This document shows positions 21,278-31,524 of a stretch of 64,000 nt of DNA, piece after piece. Origin of the DNA: an uncultured Planctomycetota bacterium (GTDB taxonomy: Bacteria; Planctomycetota; Planctomycetia; Isosphaerales; Isosphaeraceae); NCBI GenBank assembly GCA_963845755.1, contig CAWJTV010000042.1:288001-352000 (forward strand), in the 5' to 3' direction. The stretch's first letter is position 1, and each line of letters opens with the position of its first letter. Position numbers and translations under genes: made by a program. The notes under the pieces are model-generated. The model had not been told where the DNA came from. It made no database searches and saw nothing but the letters and a program-made list of their open reading frames with translations.

Positions 21278-22216
21278 TGTCGCATTACCGGATAAGCTCC
21301 GAGTTCCGCGGCCGACGGAAATACCGAACTTTCCGGGAGTCGTGTCGCCGTTGATCGGGTTGCCCTCCAGGTCGGTGAGACCTGGGCCAGGGTTCGACTG
21401 ATGCCCTGGCCGGCCCGAAACCTTTGTCTGGTGCCCCTGGGTCACGATGATGTCGGCTGAGTAGATAAGCTTTCGCTTGGGGACGAGCGTAACGGAGTTC
21501 GTCGCGGGATCGTATTCGGCCACCCGGAGCCGCACGGTTTGTGTGGAGGAGGAGATCGAGGTGCTGCTTAAAGGGAGGGGCACGGTGCTGTCTATAAGGT
21601 TGTCGATGGAGCCCAAGAACCGGTTCGTTTTCATGGACGTCTTGGTCGCACGAACGAAGTAGTTATTCACGTTGGATGCCCCGACCGGGTCCATCGGTTT
21701 GCTGAAAGTCAGCACGATTCCTTGGGGTGTGCCCTGTACGGAGACGATTTTCGGAGGAATCATGGCGTCCGACGCCAGGATCCTCAGCTCCAACGGACCA
21801 GAGGTCGTCAAGCCGGGCGGCGGATCGATGGGCGTGATGGTCAAGTTGACGTCCACTTCGCCCGGGTTGGGTGCGCCCGCGAGAATCGGGACGGTCACGG
21901 TGGCCTGGGACGCGCCATTGACGAACGTGACCGTCTGATCCACAGCACCCACGTTCACTCCTACGGCCGGCGAGAACGGATCGGTCGCCACCACGACCTG
22001 CAACGTGCCCGTGCTAGGTTGGATATACCCCGACAACGACACGGCGGCTTCGCCGTCTTTCTGCGTAACCACCTGAGACAAGTTCGTCGTCCCCGGGATC
22101 GTGGTGCCTTCGAAACCAACAGTCGAAGGAACATTAATCTGGGGTGAAATCGCCAGCAGCAAGCGCCCCTCGAGCGCGAAGGACTCAGCCCTGAATTCGC
22201 GACGCGGGCGACACAT
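21254..22216 (-). CDS. Planctomycete extracellular protein (Calx-beta/Ig-like domains)
   Basis: RRxF..ALEGRLLLA planctomycete N-terminal motif; TVTFVNGASQATVTVPI; IVLTFSKPMD..NNY. Confidence 0.75.
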   Translation of the reverse strand: MCRPRREFRAESFALEGRLLLAISPQINVPSTVGFEGTTIPGTTNLSQVVTQKDGEAAVSLSGYIQPSTGTLQVVVATDPFSPAVGVNVGAVDQTVTFVNGASQATVTVPILAGAPNPGEVDVNLTITPIDPPPGLTTSGPLELRILASDAMIPPKIVSVQGTPQGIVLTFSKPMDPVGASNVNNYFVRATKTSMKTNRFLGSIDNLIDSTVPLPLSSTSISSSTQTVRLRVAEYDPATNSVTLVPKRKLIYSADIIVTQGHQTKVSGRPGHQSNPGPGLTDLEGNPINGDTTPGKFGISVGRGTRSLSGNATSTVNGAE

Positions 22217-22608
22217 GGGGGAGAATGCCTCTGAGTAAGACCGAGGGAGATCGCCCGCGGCGCCATCGACGCGGGACGTGTGTTTCAACCTGCATCGACC
22301 GCGGGACGGGTCATACTTGAAGATCAAGAGGAGGTCAAGGTCATGCGACCTCTTTTTGCCCGCGACTGTCGAGGAGGCGGGCGTTTCTGGCCCTGCTGGG
22401 ACTTTGCCGACGGCCCATGGCGGGCTGGGGCGGACTCGGGGGCAGGCCGACGCGCCGTCGCCGGATCGGGGTTCTGTCCTCGGCGCAGAGAATTGCGCCG
22501 TATATTGCACGCGTCGGTCCGACGACACCGAAGCCATCTGGAGCGAAGCTCCCGTCACGGCATGGCCCGGATTGGATCCCGGTCCATTCTATACGTTTGT
22601 TACCATCG

Positions 22609-22624
22609 ACCCGTGAACGCTTAC
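22609..22624 (+). mobile_element. Orphan IS66-type right terminal sequence
   Basis: ACCCGTGAACGCTTAC matches the typical IS66 end (GTAA at the terminus on the opposite strand). Confidence 0.45.
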
Positions 22625-22708
22625 TCCGATTCCTTACCCATCAGAAAAGGGCATCGCATTTATTGAATCTCGAATCTCGAATCTTCTATCCGATTCCTTC
22701 GCATCCTC

Positions 22709-23681
22709 TCAAAGGTGCTGCTCAATTTCCCGCTCGGGGATCGGAGGCTTCTCGGGCCGCGACCGGAGCCACTTGAAGAAATCGGCCTTGATCGGTTCGG
22801 TCCATCGGACATCGATCTGCCCAGGGGTGTAGACTCCTTCGCGCAAGCGGAGGTGTCCGAACTCGTCCTTGAGGGCGACGATCTCGGCGGTCACGACGAC
22901 TTCCTCGGCCAGGTGCGGCGGGATGACGATGACTCCTTCGCGCTTGGCCAGGATAACGTCGCCCGGCAGGACGGTCACCATGCCGATCCGGATCGGCCGG
23001 TTGATCGACGCGAGCGTCATGTTCTTCAAGAACGAGGGGTCCCACCCCCGGACGAAGGCGTTGAATCCCTCGATTTGCTTGAGACCATCGAGGTCGCGGG
23101 CGCCGGCATCGAAGACCACGCCGCTATGGGTCTTCGCGTAGATGGCATTGCCGAGGTTGTCGCCGATGAGCGTGCCGTCGGCGATCTTACCGCATCCGTC
23201 GGCGACGTAGACGTCGCCGCCCTGGAGCATGTCGATCGGCCAGGAGTTCGACGGTCCGATCCGGGCTTCCGCCTTGCCGATCCGCGTGACGTGGTCGACG
23301 AGGTCGGGCCGGCCCGGGAGATAGGCGGCGGTGAGTCGCCCGGCCCACGACGGGGCGATCCGGGTGCACCATCTGCCAGCCCGCTGCGAACGGGTACTCA
23401 TACCCGCGCTGACGGAGGACGTCCCAGGCCTCCTCGATCGATACGGCCTTCATGCGACGGAGAAGGTCTTCCGGAACCTTGGGCCGACCGTCGGGATAAC
23501 GATCACCCTTCCAGCTCGGTGTCATCGCCAGCAGGTCGGCCCGGGAGGCGGCCATCCCGCCGGGCCGGTCCGCCGCGACGGGAGAACCATCGGGCTGGTC
23601 CTTCGCCAGCACGGCCCAGGCCATCCCGAGCGACCCCAGCAGGACCGCGAGACTGGCCAGCCTTCTCATCTTGGGAAACAT
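22709..23681 (-). CDS. RraA/HMG-aldolase family protein with signal peptide (frameshift near 23335)
   Basis: MFPKMRRLASLAVLLGSLGMAWAVLA; GDRYPDGRPKVP, IEEAWDVL, TLIGDNL, GARD, TVLPGDVILA. Confidence 0.82.
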
Positions 23682-24051
23682 CTTGACGATCATCGACGAG
23701 GACTCCGGTGCGCGAGGAAACGAAGGATACGCCTTTGGGATGAACCCTCCCCGGGCCGCCGACCACTCCGGGGCAGCGACCCGTGCGCACCATTATGGCG
23801 TCTCGCCCGGCTCTCGGAAACGGACGACCGAGCCTCGGCTCCCAACAATGGTTCCCGCCGAAATGAAAGTCCTTCGGTAGAGAGTGTCAAGCCAATAATG
23901 ACTGCCGGGTGATACCGCCCTGCGGAAATCGAATGGACATCGATTCCACCAACAGCAATTCCCCTCTTTACGGCCGCTCGCACCAAAGGGGATCACAGGT
24001 CGAGGGCTGCCTCTACCGAGATGATGACGAATCAGAGAAATCCAAATCGGG

Positions 24052-24121
24052 AAGTATTTAAAGATTTTGTTGATTTTTAATATTTTTGGGATTGACAAAT
24101 CTGGTGAAGTCCCGCCAGGAT
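24052..24121 (+). promoter_or_regulatory. Putative sigma70 promoter with AT-rich UP element for the lectin gene
   Basis: AT-rich tract, then TTGACA (24092-24097), N18, CAGGAT. Confidence 0.45.
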
Positions 24122-24204
24122 TAGTGGCGCGCGGTGTCCTGCCCTATCTCAACTGCAGAGCGCGCCGTGCCGTGCTGGACGACAAAACCACCAGGAGAGC
24201 GATC

Positions 24205-24663
24205 ATGTCGAATTCGTTCCGAGACCTTCTCGCCCCAAATCAACTCAATTCCGGAGACAATCTTTTCTCAGGTTTGAGCGGCTTCAAGCTCAGCATGCAG
24301 CAGGACGGCAATCTCGTGCTGTACGCCATCGACGATACCAACCTCCCGAGGCAGCTTCCGGCCTTCCCTCCCGGGTTTACCAGTGGAAGTTATCCGAAAG
24401 CAATCTGGGCAAGTGGCACCAATGGGACGGACGCCAACCGCTGTGTCATGCAGGAAGATGGCAACCTCGTCGTTTACGACGTTGCTGGGACCGCTCGCTG
24501 GGCGTCCGGTACAAACGGAAATCACGGCGCATTCCTGAGATGTCAAGATGATGGGAATCTTGTCGTCTACTCGTTCAACGGGGGCGCTTGGTCCTCGAAT
24601 ACGTTTGCGGGGCCGCGCGAGACTCCGTCGAACGCGATTCGTCAGAAGTCGCCGACCATGTGA
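24205..24663 (+). CDS. Stand-alone bulb-type (B-type/GNA) mannose-binding lectin
   Basis: Three QxDxNxVxY motifs (QQDGNLVLY, QEDGNLVVY, QDDGNLVVY); AGGAG SD; no signal peptide. Confidence 0.9.
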   Translation: MSNSFRDLLAPNQLNSGDNLFSGLSGFKLSMQQDGNLVLYAIDDTNLPRQLPAFPPGFTSGSYPKAIWASGTNGTDANRCVMQEDGNLVVYDVAGTARWASGTNGNHGAFLRCQDDGNLVVYSFNGGAWSSNTFAGPRETPSNAIRQKSPTM

Positions 24664-24735
24664 GGTCGTCTTGGGAGGAAGGAACGGCGCGCTTGGAGTT
24701 CACAACACTCTCGGCGCGCCGGCATTTCGCGTCTA

Positions 24736-25114
24736 TCAGCGCGACGAGTCCGGAATCAATGCCGCGGGGGACTTGAGGGTAGACCTCGTTTCGCGTTTTT
24801 TCACGCGAGAAAACTTGAAATCCGAACTGACTTCGTCGGCACCGGGCTCTTCGAGATGAGACCCACTCGACACCTCGCCGCATTCCCGGTGGAGGAGCAG
24901 CAGCGGCATTTCGACACTCGGTCAGTTCGGCCTGGAGCGCCAACCGTTCTTGCTCCGCCAGTCCGGCCTGTCGCTGCGCCTCCCGTGCCTCGCGAAGCGA
25001 CCAGAGCCGCCCGGCCAGGAACATCGCCACGGCGAACGCGGCCAGCAGCAGTGTCTTCAACACGATTCCTCCCGCAAGGGCGTGGCGGCCGTGTTCGAGT
25101 ACCGGTTCATTCAT
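24736..25114 (-). CDS. Small membrane-anchored coiled-coil protein (3' end uncertain)
   Basis: TGATG coupling with the DUF1559 gene; TM helix then REAREAQRQ..LQAELTEC; probable frameshift near 24900. Confidence 0.4.
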
Positions 25115-25884
25115 CAGAAGTCTTCCGCCTCTTCGCCACCGGCGATCGTGAGCAGCGCTCGCAGCCACCGCGGCGCGAGCTTATCAGAAAGGAACCGGAC
25201 TGCTCCGTCGAGCAGGAGCACGTTGGCTCCGCCCGGATGGCGACTCGAGAGCCCTGCCTTGTTGTTCGACCCGTTGATGGCGAGGCTCATTCGGTCGAAC
25301 TCCCGATCTCGCGGTTCCATCCAGTGGATCGACGACTCCGAGACCTCGACGATCAGGATCGTCCGGTCCTGTCCGTCGTGAACCTCTTCGAGCCGCATCG
25401 CTTCTGTCCCGTGCCAGGCGGTCTCCGGCCCGACGACCGCAACGTAGGACGTCGAATGCTCCTTGACGAGTTGACTCGGGCAGACGTAGGGCCAAACGGC
25501 CAGGTCATGCAGCTTCCGGTTATTCGGGCCATCCCACGGTTCGTCGAAATCGTACTGATCGTAGATCGCCTTCTGTTCGAGCCATGGCAGGATCAACACG
25601 CGCCAACTATGCATCGGCCGCCCGTGCTCGTCGGCGATGTAGGCCGGCGGGTAGCAGCCGTACGCGTCGCGATAGTAGCGAAGGGCCAGACCGATCTGCT
25701 TGAGGTTATTCACGCACGCCGACCGGCGCGCCGCCTCGCGCGCCGTTCACCGCGCCGGCAGGAACAGGCCCACGAGGACTCCGATGATCGCGACCACGAC
25801 CAGGGTCTCGATGAGCGTGATGCCGCTACCGAGAGGCCGACGCCCGATCGCGGTCCGGCGGGTATGCCGTTCGACGGGACCCAT
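25114..25884 (-). CDS. DUF1559 prepilin-type protein (frameshifts near 25710-25755)
   Basis: GITLIETLVVVAIIGVLVGL, NNLKQIGLAL, HSWRVLILP, SRHPGGANVLLLDGAV. Confidence 0.88.
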
Positions 25885-26013
25885 GAATGCGCCTCCCCTG
25901 AACCGGATAGACTGACCGTCCGGATGGAAGCCGACGTCAGAAGTGGTTCCTGGTCCCCTTCATGTTCACTCCCAGGGAGGCCAGAACGACATCGGCTCTC
26001 GCCATCAACTACA

Positions 26014-26042
26014 ACTGTAAGATGACATTTCATTCTTGTCAA
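26014..26042 (-). promoter_or_regulatory. sigma70-type promoter for the DUF1559 operon, overlapping a TGACA-N9-TGTCA palindrome
   Basis: Minus strand TTGACA-N17-TACAGT. Confidence 0.55.
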
Positions 26043-26195
26043 GTGATCAGCCTGTCAGGAGGATCTGGAGGACGATTTGGGCGCGGATGGGAACGGCTCC
26101 GAACCTGATGCCGTTCGCCGGTGTCCATCGCATCAGTGCTCGAACGCGAATCGAGGATTGACCCGATGTTGGCCTTGTTCGTCACGAGGGATTCC

Positions 26196-26955
26196 ATGCG
26201 CTCGGATATGGCGAAGGTGATCGTCGAGCGGCCCCGCTTCGGGTCGCGCCTCCGAGGCACGCCCAAGGGATATCGCCGCGCGCTCCAGCGTCTGGGCGAG
26301 GAAGGGACGCCCCGCCGCGAGGGGATGAAGCGCCGCCACCGGGGCAACACCAAGATGCTCAACGAGCACCTCGGACCGCTCCGCCGCTACCTCGACGCAC
26401 AGGTCGGCCGCCCGTGGGACAAGGTCTTCTCGGAGATCTGTTCCCACATCGACCGGGCTTCGGCCGTCCAGGATCACGTCCGCGACCATGTAGCCGACTA
26501 CGTCGTGACTCATGTCGTTCTGATCGATGGGATTCCCTGCAGCGGCGAAGGTGGCCGGAATTACGGGCGACCCCTGCACCAGACGGCGCTGGGGAGGCTG
26601 GTTCGTCAGCCCGCGCACGGGAATCCTGAAGCGCATCAAGAAGCCAGTGCGATCGCAACGCGGGACGCCGGAGGGCCGGGAGAGGCCCGACGATCACCCA
26701 CGCTTCGTCAGGGTCGGCGATTCGCTTCAATGTCGCCTGATCGATAAGGCCTTGCACCTGTTAAGTCTCAAGCCCCTTCCGATCGGGCGCGGTTCCTCCC
26801 GGGAGCGCGACGTGTTCCTCAATTGCCTCGCCGCGGCGATCGACTCCACGACCGCGCGCAAACACTATGGGGCCGACGTTTATGCGTCGGGAATCCGGCG
26901 GTTGGCCCGGCGAGAATTGTCCCAGTTTCCCATCCCGATGGAGCTCTGGACGTAG
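26196..26955 (+). CDS. Arg-rich conserved hypothetical protein (frameshift near 26590)
   Basis: MRSDMAKVIVERPR, LNEHLGPLRRYL..QVGRPWDKVFSEI, QDHVRDH, WFVSPRTGILKR. Confidence 0.7.
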
Positions 26956-26976
26956 AGACTCCAAAGGGACATGGCA

Positions 26977-28512
26977 TCACGACGTGTGGGCCAGGATGAA
27001 ATCCACAATCGGTTTCGGGTCCTTTGGCGACATCGGATAATGGCCCTCGCCTTCCTTGATGATGACCGTGATGTGGCCGCCCAGTTCTTTGTACTGCTTC
27101 TCGAGTACACGAGTATGATCGTTGAGCCAGGGGTCGAGGCTGCCGCAAACGTGGATGAGCGGCACGCCAGCGCTGGCCAGCGAGGCCAAATGATCGAGAG
27201 GCTGGGTTTTCGACATGAGGCTCCGCAGGCCGGGTTCACGCAATAGATGCAAGTCACCTTGTCCGGATTCTCGATGGCCCAGGCGTAGGCTTCCCCGGCC
27301 GCCGTTCCGGCACCCTCCATCACGGGCTTCCGGGAAAAGCCGTGGTCGACGAGGAGCTTGTAAACGGCGTCCCACTGTTGCCGGACCGGGCCGGCCTGCG
27401 CAATGAGCGGGGCCACGACGATGTGATAACCCTTGGCCAGCAGGGCCTGATCGACCACGGCGTTAAGTCCGATTGGGTCCGCTCGGAACACCCAGGGCTT
27501 CCCCGGGGCCGCGGTCCTCGGCACGATGATTGTCATCCCGGTTATGCCCCATGGGCTACCGGTCTTAGCATCGAAACGGTCGAAGCACTCCGTGAATCCC
27601 GGTCCACGACAGGTGACGTAGGTCTTTTCTTCCTTGAGAGGGCAGTATGAGCTCTCCAGGCTGTAATAATAGGACTTCGTGAACGTCTCCCCGGCGAAGT
27701 CGGGCCGTTTGCCATCGGTCGGCTGGATGTGCTGAACGATCCAGTCTGCGATCGGCTTCGGGTTGCGCAGACTGTGGGGATGATGGGCCGTGCCTTCCTT
27801 GATCATCACGGTGATCCGGCCGCCCAACTGTTGGTAGCGGTTCTCGATGGCCAGCGTGTGCTTTTCCAGCAAGAAATCGAAACTGCCGCAGACGTTCAGC
27901 AGAGACACGTCGTTCCTGGCCAGGTCCCCGAGGTTCAGGAAGGCGTTCGGCCGGATCGCGGGATTGTCGGCGTAGATGCACGAAACCTTATCGGGATTGG
28001 CTGTGGACCACTCGTAGGCGTTGACTCCGCCTCGACTCATGCCGACGAATGCCGGCTTCCTCGACAGGCCATGCTGCTCCGTGAGGTATCGGTACCAGGC
28101 GTCCCAGGGCTTGCCGGGATCGGGCGTGATGAAGGCGACGTGAAAACCCCGCCGGAGCAGTTCGACTTCAACCTGGGGTTCGTGGTCCCAGTAACAACCT
28201 CGCCAGGACCATGGGTTTCCGGCGGCCACCTCCTTCGGAACTATGACGATACACCGCCGCTGACCCGTCGCCGGGGCCTTTACCCCATAGTGGTCGTCTT
28301 CCGCCTTCTTCGCCGGCCGGATCGTCAGATTCTCTGCGTCCATCACGAAGTCATAGCGGTCGAACCCGTCGTGCCACGCGGACTTCTCGCCTTCGAAGGG
28401 CGTGTACGCGCCCCTCCGCACACGCGCCTTTCGGTTCTCCGAGAATCGCGGCAGCAAGAACCGTCACCACACCAAGATGCATTAGCCGTTTGAGAATATT
28501 TATCATGTCCAT
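26977..28512 (-). CDS. Secreted two-domain alpha/beta hydrolase (frameshifts near 28450 and 27225)
   Basis: Domain 1 GMSRGG..HHPH; repeated domain with GAGTAAG; shared NPDKV(S/T)CIY and LGG.ITV.IKEG..H. Confidence 0.75.
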
Positions 28513-28572
28513 TTCCTTGCAATCGGAGCACGAAGGTGCCCGTCCGAAGTGATGTCTCCGCCTTCTTTCACG

Positions 28573-29862
28573 CTATGACGTTCCCAGGTCGGCCGCCCAG
28601 ATCGCACGGATCGTTTTCTCATCGCCAAGACCGTCCGGGACGGCCGGGCCCGGCAGGTTGGCGTAGTACCAGCGCTTCCGGTCCTGCGGAGAGGTCATGG
28701 TGCGGCTGCCGGGCATCTGGAGATGGCCGTTGGGGTCGGTCTTCCGCACCCAATCCCAGGCGTAGTTCAGCCAGTCATGCCGATATCTCTCGCTCTGATG
28801 CGCGAACCAGGTGATCTCGTCGTAACCCCAGATCCAGATGCCACCGGCCTTCGCCTTCCCTGGCTGCCGGCTGACACCCCAGTTGTCGATTTCCACCAGG
28901 TAGGGCAAGTGATCGCACTTCCAGCCGCTGAACGTCATCCCGCCCTTGCTCCGGCCGTAGATTCCGTCCGAAAACCCGACCTTCAGGATTGCCTCCTGCG
29001 GTCGGTCGGGGACCTCCATGATCCTCAGCGGGAACGAGTGGAAGTCCAGGAGCAGTCGCCCCTGCGCGCACCAGGCCGCCATGGGGGACATGGGCGTCGC
29101 ACAGCACGAGATGCCGGCGCGCGTTCCGGGCCGCGTGGGCACGAACCAGGCTGAGTACCTGCGCCAGTGATCGAGGTTCGGGTCGTTACCGTTCATGATT
29201 TCCGCCTGGCCGAAGTGGATTGCTTCGATGCCGAGGTCGATGAACGAGGCCGCCAGGTAGTAGAACCAGAGCTTCGTTTCCGGCCGGCTCACATCCGGGA
29301 CCGACGCGTTCCTTCCCCACTGGTTGCGGCGCCGGCCGTCGGGATAGAGCATGTCGGCGTATCGGAAGTTCCGCGTCTCGACTGGCTGACCCACGGCGGC
29401 AAACGCCCATTCCGGCACGGGGACCTGTTCCACCTGTGCGGTCACGATCTCGAAGACGCACGCCTGGAGAATCATGGCTGGATCGGCCGCGAGGACCTGC
29501 GGGACCTGCTGCTTCGCTCGTTCGAGATTCCGGATCAAGTTGCCTTCGCGACCCCACAAGCAGAGGCTCCGCCCGATGAACTTGGCACCGACGCTCTTGA
29601 GCATGCGAATGTTATCGACGAGATCGCCCCGACCGTTGAGCAGGCCCTCCATCGAAATCGCACGGGATAGGAAGTTGTCCAGCACGTTCCGCGGGATGGA
29701 CCCGTCGAAGTGATAGGGGCCGGCTTTCGACATCGGTTGCAGGACCGGCGCTTGCGGGACCGGCGTTTTTTGCTGCGCGGAGGCTCCTCCGGCCGCGGCC
29801 GAGAGGCCAGCTCCCAGGGCGAACCGCGAGAACACGCGACGGCTTACGGACGGTGCAGGCAT
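28573..29862 (-). CDS. Tat-exported hypothetical protein (glycoside-hydrolase-like), with compensating indels near 29065-29165
   Basis: SRRVFSRFALG signal; GIEAIHFGQ, PYLVEIDN, WGYDEITWF; aromatic-rich. Confidence 0.65.
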   Translation of the reverse strand: MPAPSVSRRVFSRFALGAGLSAAAGGASAQQKTPVPQAPVLQPMSKAGPYHFDGSIPRNVLDNFLSRAISMEGLLNGRGDLVDNIRMLKSVGAKFIGRSLCLWGREGNLIRNLERAKQQVPQVLAADPAMILQACVFEIVTAQVEQVPVPEWAFAAVGQPVETRNFRYADMLYPDGRRRNQWGRNASVPDVSRPETKLWFYYLAASFIDLGIEAIHFGQAEIMNGNDPNLDHWRRYSAWFVPTRPGTRAGISCCATPMSPMAAWCAQGRLLLDFHSFPLRIMEVPDRPQEAILKVGFSDGIYGRSKGGMTFSGWKCDHLPYLVEIDNWGVSRQPGKAKAGGIWIWGYDEITWFAHQSERYRHDWLNYAWDWVRKTDPNGHLQMPGSRTMTSPQDRKRWYYANLPGPAVPDGLGDEKTIRAIWAADLGTS

Positions 29863-30101
29863 GGTGAGCCCTTTTCCGGGAAGTCGGACACACGAACGGT
29901 TCCATCTGGTCGAACTTTCAGCAGAACCCAGAGCCAGACCCAGTTCAAGAGCCTTGCCAGGTTCCACGAGCGGACGGTCGAGATGAATCGACGCCCGATG
30001 CGCGTCGGTGTATGCTGATCCTCGAGAGATACCGCAGCTTCGGCGGAGTCTCGATCGAGGCAACTCTGGGTATAGCCTCAAGTCAACGAGAAAGAAATCC
30101 C

Positions 30102-30920
30102 ATGCTCGGCGCAATCGCGGGCGACATCATCGGGTCGGTGTACGAAGGGAAGGTGGCCTGGCAGTCGGCGCGGACGCCCCACTTCAAGCCACTCTTCCAC
30201 CCCAAGGCCCGGTTCACCGATGACACGGTGCTCACGGTCGCGGTGGCCGAGAGCATCCTCTACGGCGGCGACCTCGTCAACCTGTTCAAGGAATACGCCG
30301 GTATCTACCCGGGGGCCGGGTACGGGGGCACGTTCCGTCGCTGGGCCGCTTCCGAGAGCCGAAAGCCGTACCAGAGCTGGGGCAATGGATCGGCGATGCG
30401 CGTGAGCCCCGTCGGCTATGCCTTTGACTCGCTCGACGAGGTCCTTCTGCGCGCGAAGTGGACCGCCGAGGTCACCCACGACCATCCCGAGGGGATCAAG
30501 GGCGCCCAGGCGACGGCCGCCGCGGTCTTCCTCGCCCGCACCGGCAGCGACAAGGAGCAGATTCGCGACTATGTCGAGCGGAAGTTTGGCTATCGCCTCG
30601 ACGCGCGGATCGATGACATCCGACCGGGTTTCGATTTCGACGTCTCCTGTCGCGGCACCGTGCCGCCGGCCATCCTGGCGTTCCTCGAGTTGACCGACTA
30701 TGAAAACGCGGTGCGTCTGGCGGTCTCGCTCGGGGGCGACGCCGACACGCTCGGCTGCATCACGGGCGGGATCGCCCAGGCGTATTACGGCGGTGTCCCG
30801 GCAGAGATCCGCAGCCAGGCGCGCGACCGACTGAACGATCACCTCGGTTCTATCCTGGATGAGTTCGAAACGCGGTTCCCGCATCCGACGCCGCTGCCGG
30901 ACGAACCCCGGTCCGAGTGA
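30102..30920 (+). CDS. ADP-ribosylglycohydrolase (DraG/ARH family)
   Basis: GAIAGDIIGS, FTDDT, SWGNGSAMR, THDH, GGDADT. Confidence 0.92.
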   Translation: MLGAIAGDIIGSVYEGKVAWQSARTPHFKPLFHPKARFTDDTVLTVAVAESILYGGDLVNLFKEYAGIYPGAGYGGTFRRWAASESRKPYQSWGNGSAMRVSPVGYAFDSLDEVLLRAKWTAEVTHDHPEGIKGAQATAAAVFLARTGSDKEQIRDYVERKFGYRLDARIDDIRPGFDFDVSCRGTVPPAILAFLELTDYENAVRLAVSLGGDADTLGCITGGIAQAYYGGVPAEIRSQARDRLNDHLGSILDEFETRFPHPTPLPDEPRSE

Positions 30921-31524
30921 TCCGCCTCATGAGCCGTGCTTACCCTTGAGGATCTCGACTTCCAGTGGCTCTGGGTCGATATCCTGTTTCAGCAGCTCAT
31001 TCACGCGGATGCCCTGGTGGTCGAGGAGGTAAGCGATGAGGAGGTTGTAGCGCAGGTAGAGTCCCGATTGCTTCGGGTCCATCTCGTGATCTCCGCGTCG
31101 GAGCTGGTCAACCCGACGTTCGTAATCGAAATCCGCCCCCCTGGCGATGTAATCGGCGTAGCCCTCGTTCTTCCAGCGGGGCAGCCGCCAGTAGGCGACC
31201 CCTCCCAGCTCGTCGAAGATCAACGTGTGAATCGCCTCATGCGCGATGTAGTAGCTAAGCGTCCGCTCGCCGGGCACCTCATTCCCCGAGGGGCCGATCA
31301 GGCGATTGGCATCGATGTGGGCGCCGCGAAGGAAGATGTTGTTGGAGAGCGGAGGATAGGTCAGCCCGCCGACGTGGTGGCGAATGTTGGCGAAGAGGAT
31401 GAAACGCCAGCGGCGATTGCAGAGATAGACCCGGATGTTTGGAGCGGTCCGATCGCGAAACAGAGGAGAGCGTACAAGGCGGTCTTCCGTGACTTTTAGC
31501 ACACGAGTAGCCGAGGCGGGGATC

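Noticed and set aside
23874..24019. Lysine riboswitch (minus strand begins GGTAGAGGCAGC)
   Set aside because: Other conserved elements and the 3' GAGNG-CTA motif are missing, and downstream genes are not lysine-related
30102..30920. ADP-ribosylation toxin-antitoxin or anti-phage system
   Set aside because: No ADP-ribosyltransferase or other recognisable defence partner nearby
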